From NCBI RefSeq assembly GCF_964355755.1, contig NC_092673.1, positions 28,517,648-28,581,647 of the forward strand: DNA of 64,000 bases. The letters run 5' to 3'. Made by a program: the position numbers and the translations under genes. The stretch is from Antedon mediterranea (lineage: Eukaryota; Animalia; Echinodermata). Position 1 is the first letter of the stretch. Each line of letters begins with the position of its first letter. This document shows, in pieces, positions 59,964-64,000 of the stretch. The notes below the pieces were generated by a model. That model worked only from the letters and a program-made list of their open reading frames with translations. It had not been told where the DNA came from and made no database searches.

Positions 59964-62900
59964 ATGGATGGACTTGCAACAGGAGACAAAATGGAGGAAG
60001 TTCAAGATGACACCGACTTCCTTAGTAGGCTTTCATTTGAGATGCTCGTAAGAATATTGCGCTACTTACCAGTCCAGTCTCTGTTGCGCCTTGAGAGGTT
60101 GTCACGACATCTCCAGAAAGCAGTTGCACTTCACTTGCAGCTGGTCAAGTCTTTGGACTTCACCTCCGATAAGTGGCACGGATGGATGCCAGAAACAATA
60201 GATGATGAGGCATTACATCATCTTCTAAGTCGCTGCATAGACATCGAGTACATTTACGGACTTCATCCAAAAAATCTTCTTCTACGCCAAGAAGATGAAA
60301 AAGACAGTGAGAGAAAAATCAGCATTGCTGGTATTATTAATGCTCTCCAGCTCTGTCAACATTTAATTGGTGTCGAGATTTCTGACATTCATCTCCTTGA
60401 AGCCATTCTGACGGAATTATCGAACATTGAAATTCTTGGACACTTCAGAAATCGGAATGGTTGTTTTCCATGCAGTGAGTCGTCACAATTGACGTTACCA
60501 ACGACCAGCAAGCTAACATGCCTTCACCTTTATGGAATCCTTATGCCTGAACTTCCAGCCTTGAACGGACTGGATGAACTACATCTACAATTTGTAAAAT
60601 TTTCAAATCCACAACCCTTTCAACATTTTCAGAGCCAATGGCTTCTTTCATTCATGATGCACAACTGTATTGGTCCAACGAACCCGCTGCATTATGTACC
60701 GTTGTTGACTGCCTTGGGTAACGCTACGCATCTGCGTCGTTTAGATCTTGTCAGAGTTCCGTTCCTGGGAGGTCTTTTGCAACATGTGGTCGAAGACGTG
60801 TGGAAAAAAGGTGGTTTCTCTGGAGTTGAAAAGGTTTGCAATATTGTTGAAATAATAATTGAGTAAATTGTATAATCAAATTTGTATTCATATACATCAT
60901 ATCCGGCCTGGGTCCATCAATAAAATTATTATTACTTTAAATTAACTTTGACATACTCTACTACTGTACTCTATTAATTCAGGCTTTAAGGATCTCTTGG
61001 TAATTTTAGATTTAAATTTATAATATTTTTTTTTTTTATTAAACTTTGTTTAATAAGGGTGACTTAAAACAGCTGGGGCTGACATGCATAAGGCCCTCAA
61101 CACCAACACCACACACACAATGGGAATGATAACAAATACAAAAAGAAGAGAAAAAGGAAAACAAAACATTACTGTACTCTTTTCATCAAGTTTAAACTTA
61201 ATTGAATCATACAGTAACACTGTTTGTTAAACCATTGTTTTTCAGGTACGAATTGGAACATGCAAAAACTGCTTTGAAACTGATATAGGCTATCTTCTAC
61301 TAGCGTCTGAGTACTGGTTAGAAGAGCTGTCTCTGCAGCCATCTCTGTCAAAAGACAGCTTCTTCTGGGCACTTAAGCTAGCTAAGGTCACTTTCAACAT
61401 GTTTGAAACTCTGGAACTAGGCTACATCCATCCATCCATTAAATCTGGTGAATGGACAAACCAGCGGTTTGTAGAACATGGTTTGACAGACTATACCGAG
61501 TCACCAGGACTGATATCAGATATGGGAATGAAGATTGTAGAACTTGTGTTTAACTCTGTCATCAGCTTGACAATTCATAACTGCCCTCATCTCCAGAATC
61601 CTCTGTTGTGGGGTGAAGAAGAGAGTAAGTTTTGAAAATGTAATTATTTAATATTAAATAAATCCGAAGGGAAATTAACAATAAAAAGACAAAGCTTTGT
61701 AGATATAGTGACTGGATCACAATGGAGATACAAATAAAGCTAAATAAAAACGAAAGGGAAAAAGTCAGAAAGAATATGCCAAGGTTTCAGATAATGCTAA
61801 TTTATTTATTATAAATTGTACATTTATATGTATTTTTATCTCTCTTCAGCCAGAATTTTGAATGTCTAAAAAGAACAACATTAATTTTGTACTTTATACA
61901 ATGCATTCTGAAAACCAACTAAAGGGTTCATTCTAGTAGAATTTAACACATCTTTGGAAGTGGACTTTGGGGATTTGAACAAAGACCCTAGAATCGCTAG
62001 GCAAAAATCATAACAATTGACTACTTAACTCTTTATTTCTTTACAAAAATAAATAGAAAAGTGGGAATGGCTAAAGAGTTTACATCTGGACCACTGCCAT
62101 TCTATCCAACTGGACAAGTTTTGCCAGTGGTTGACCAATGACCTTCCAGTCATTCACGATATCAGAATTGAGCACATGTTTAGAGCACCACCGAAAGGTT
62201 GCTCTCGGGTTGGATTGAGCGCTGGAACAGGGCTAGGTGTGTCATCTGCACTTGTGGCCCCAATTGGCCAAACGGATGCAGCACCAAATAGCGCAGATAA
62301 CCAGGAAGGTAAGTACAATTTATAAATACTTAAGCCCTCCTCTGTACTTGTTGTTGTTTTTATGATTGCAATAAAGAATAAATTATAAGGATAAAACTAA
62401 TTAATATATTTAATTTTTACACCGCAGTAAGCGTCAATGCTAATCAAACTGTAGAAGTAGATGAGAAGATAAATTGGGACTTGCAGCCAGAAACCTCAAC
62501 TAACTCACTGAATGAGAAAGGCTGTCAATCAACCAGTGTTCAACCGCCATTACACCAGCTTGATACCGGCCCACGGTACGGCAAACTTCCTAAAGACGAT
62601 AGTAGTGAACAATCAGAGGCCAGAGGGTCTAGACACTATGAATCTCGCAAGGAGGATGAAAATAAAGAAATATCAAAACCAGAAGCAAAAGATGTGAAAA
62701 AAAGCATCAAAAGGAAATCAGGTGGCTCTTCCTCTCCATCAACTCCTCCTGCATTTTTATCAAAACCACCATTTTGCTCGCCATCTTTACCCCAAGCGGT
62801 AAAACCGTTACCTACATCATCAACATCTTTACCCTCATCAGAACCTTTGTCATCACCATCACAATCCGTACCACCATCAACATCATCACAATCAGCATTA

Positions 62901-64000
62901 GCATCCTCACAATCAGCATCATCATACTCCATCTCATCAACATCATCATCGTACCGCAACTCCTCTTCAACAGATACACTTTCTTCACTTTTAGCAAACC
63001 CAGAACCGTCATCATCCGTTGGCCAATCATCTTGTGCCAATAAAAATGACGAGTCTATCAAAGATTCACCATCAAAGAAAAAACGAAGGCATAGCCAAAC
63101 AGATGAAACTAACTCCGCAAAAACTCCAGCAACTGGCAGTGATCTCCATCAGCGATCGTCGTCGGAACATAACACGGCGATGCAGAATCGTTGTCCAACT
63201 CTTGAGGAAAACTTTGGTCTTACAAGCAAAGCGTACGTGCAAGAATGTACCTATCATGACCATTCGGGTCAGATGATGATTCGTGCAGTGCGTACTCAAA
63301 GTGGCCAGAGCAGTGTTATCATACCAAGTAGTGACCTTGTGGGTGACCCCGATGTACAACCAGGGAGCAGTGCATTACATGCTGACCAACTGAAGAGTGG
63401 AGAACGTACGACGACTGTAGAATCCACTCTGAAACCTGACAATTCTATTGAGAAAGATCTGGATAAAACCTGTTCAGAATCCTGTGGTAAACGTAAATTA
63501 CCAAACGAACAATGTGATTTGAAAAATTTTTCTGCCGATAACAAAAATACCAAAAAAAGGTCTTTCTCGTCTGAGTCAGCTGTCACCACTTGTGATGCCA
63601 TCTTTAGTAATGCATCCGAACACACTGACAATGTTCTTGAAGAAAACATTGATACCAGTATGGATAGCACACAAGAAGACTCATTACCAACTACATCTAC
63701 TGAATCCAAAAGACAACATCTTCTTGATACAAAACAGTCCAATCAGAACAAACCTTTTTCAACATGTGATGTAAAAAATTCACTGACTTCAAAAAGTACA
63801 AATGCTAGCCCTACGAAAAAGTCTCAAAGTGACAAAAAAGTCTCAACTAAGAACCAGTCCACCAGTACTAGTGATCCTGTACCAGAGGATGATCCAGTAC
63901 AAGTGATGGTTATAACGTCCAAAACTTTAGAAGGTTTAACTCTTGACTCATGTGGTATATCACATCTGCATTTGACAGATTGCCCCCAACTTCAAACATT
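59964..64000 (+). CDS. FBXO38: F-box only protein 38 (3' end beyond the window)
   Basis: Exons 59964-60833, 61246-61624, 62057-62308, 62428->64000. F-box LSRLSFEMLVRILRYLP; LGHFRNRNGCFP; LRRLDLVRVPFLGGLLQHVVED; NCPHLQNP; MFRAPPKGCSRVGLSAGTGLGVSSALV; STSTSDPVPEDDPVQV. A probable non-coding first exon lies at about 58780-58953. Confidence 0.95.

Overview
AT-rich, intron-rich animal genomic DNA, probably from an invertebrate; the species cannot be determined from the sequence. There is no prokaryotic, CRISPR or rRNA content. Four spliced genes were reconstructed by hand from GT-AG sites and reading-frame phase. (1) A DAB2IP/RASAL2/SynGAP-family RasGAP on the + strand, with core exons at 24683-45990 and several candidate alternative first exons at 10-23 kb. 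(2) ZZZ3 on the - strand, 49224-54075. (3) SURF6/RRP14 on the + strand, 55313-58043, head-to-head with ZZZ3. (4) FBXO38 on the + strand, from 59964 and running off the window. Introns carry SINEs, many MITEs, a Helentron-type HINE nested in a TIR element, a Kolobok deletion derivative with THAP and KolX remnants, and several minisatellites. The most notable candidates are a hidden isoform system in the RasGAP and strong enrichment of two short words. The isoform system comprises three phase-1 first exons, UGC-preceded microexons, a frame-coupled 25+59-nt cassette pair in the C2 domain and a frameshifting 10-nt microexon at the SynGAP-beta junction. The enriched words are TACAGTA/TACTGTA (Tc1-footprint-like) and TAGGCCTA (promoter-proximal). 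Protein family assignments rest on recalled motifs rather than database searches, and the alternative exons are predictions that need RNA-seq.
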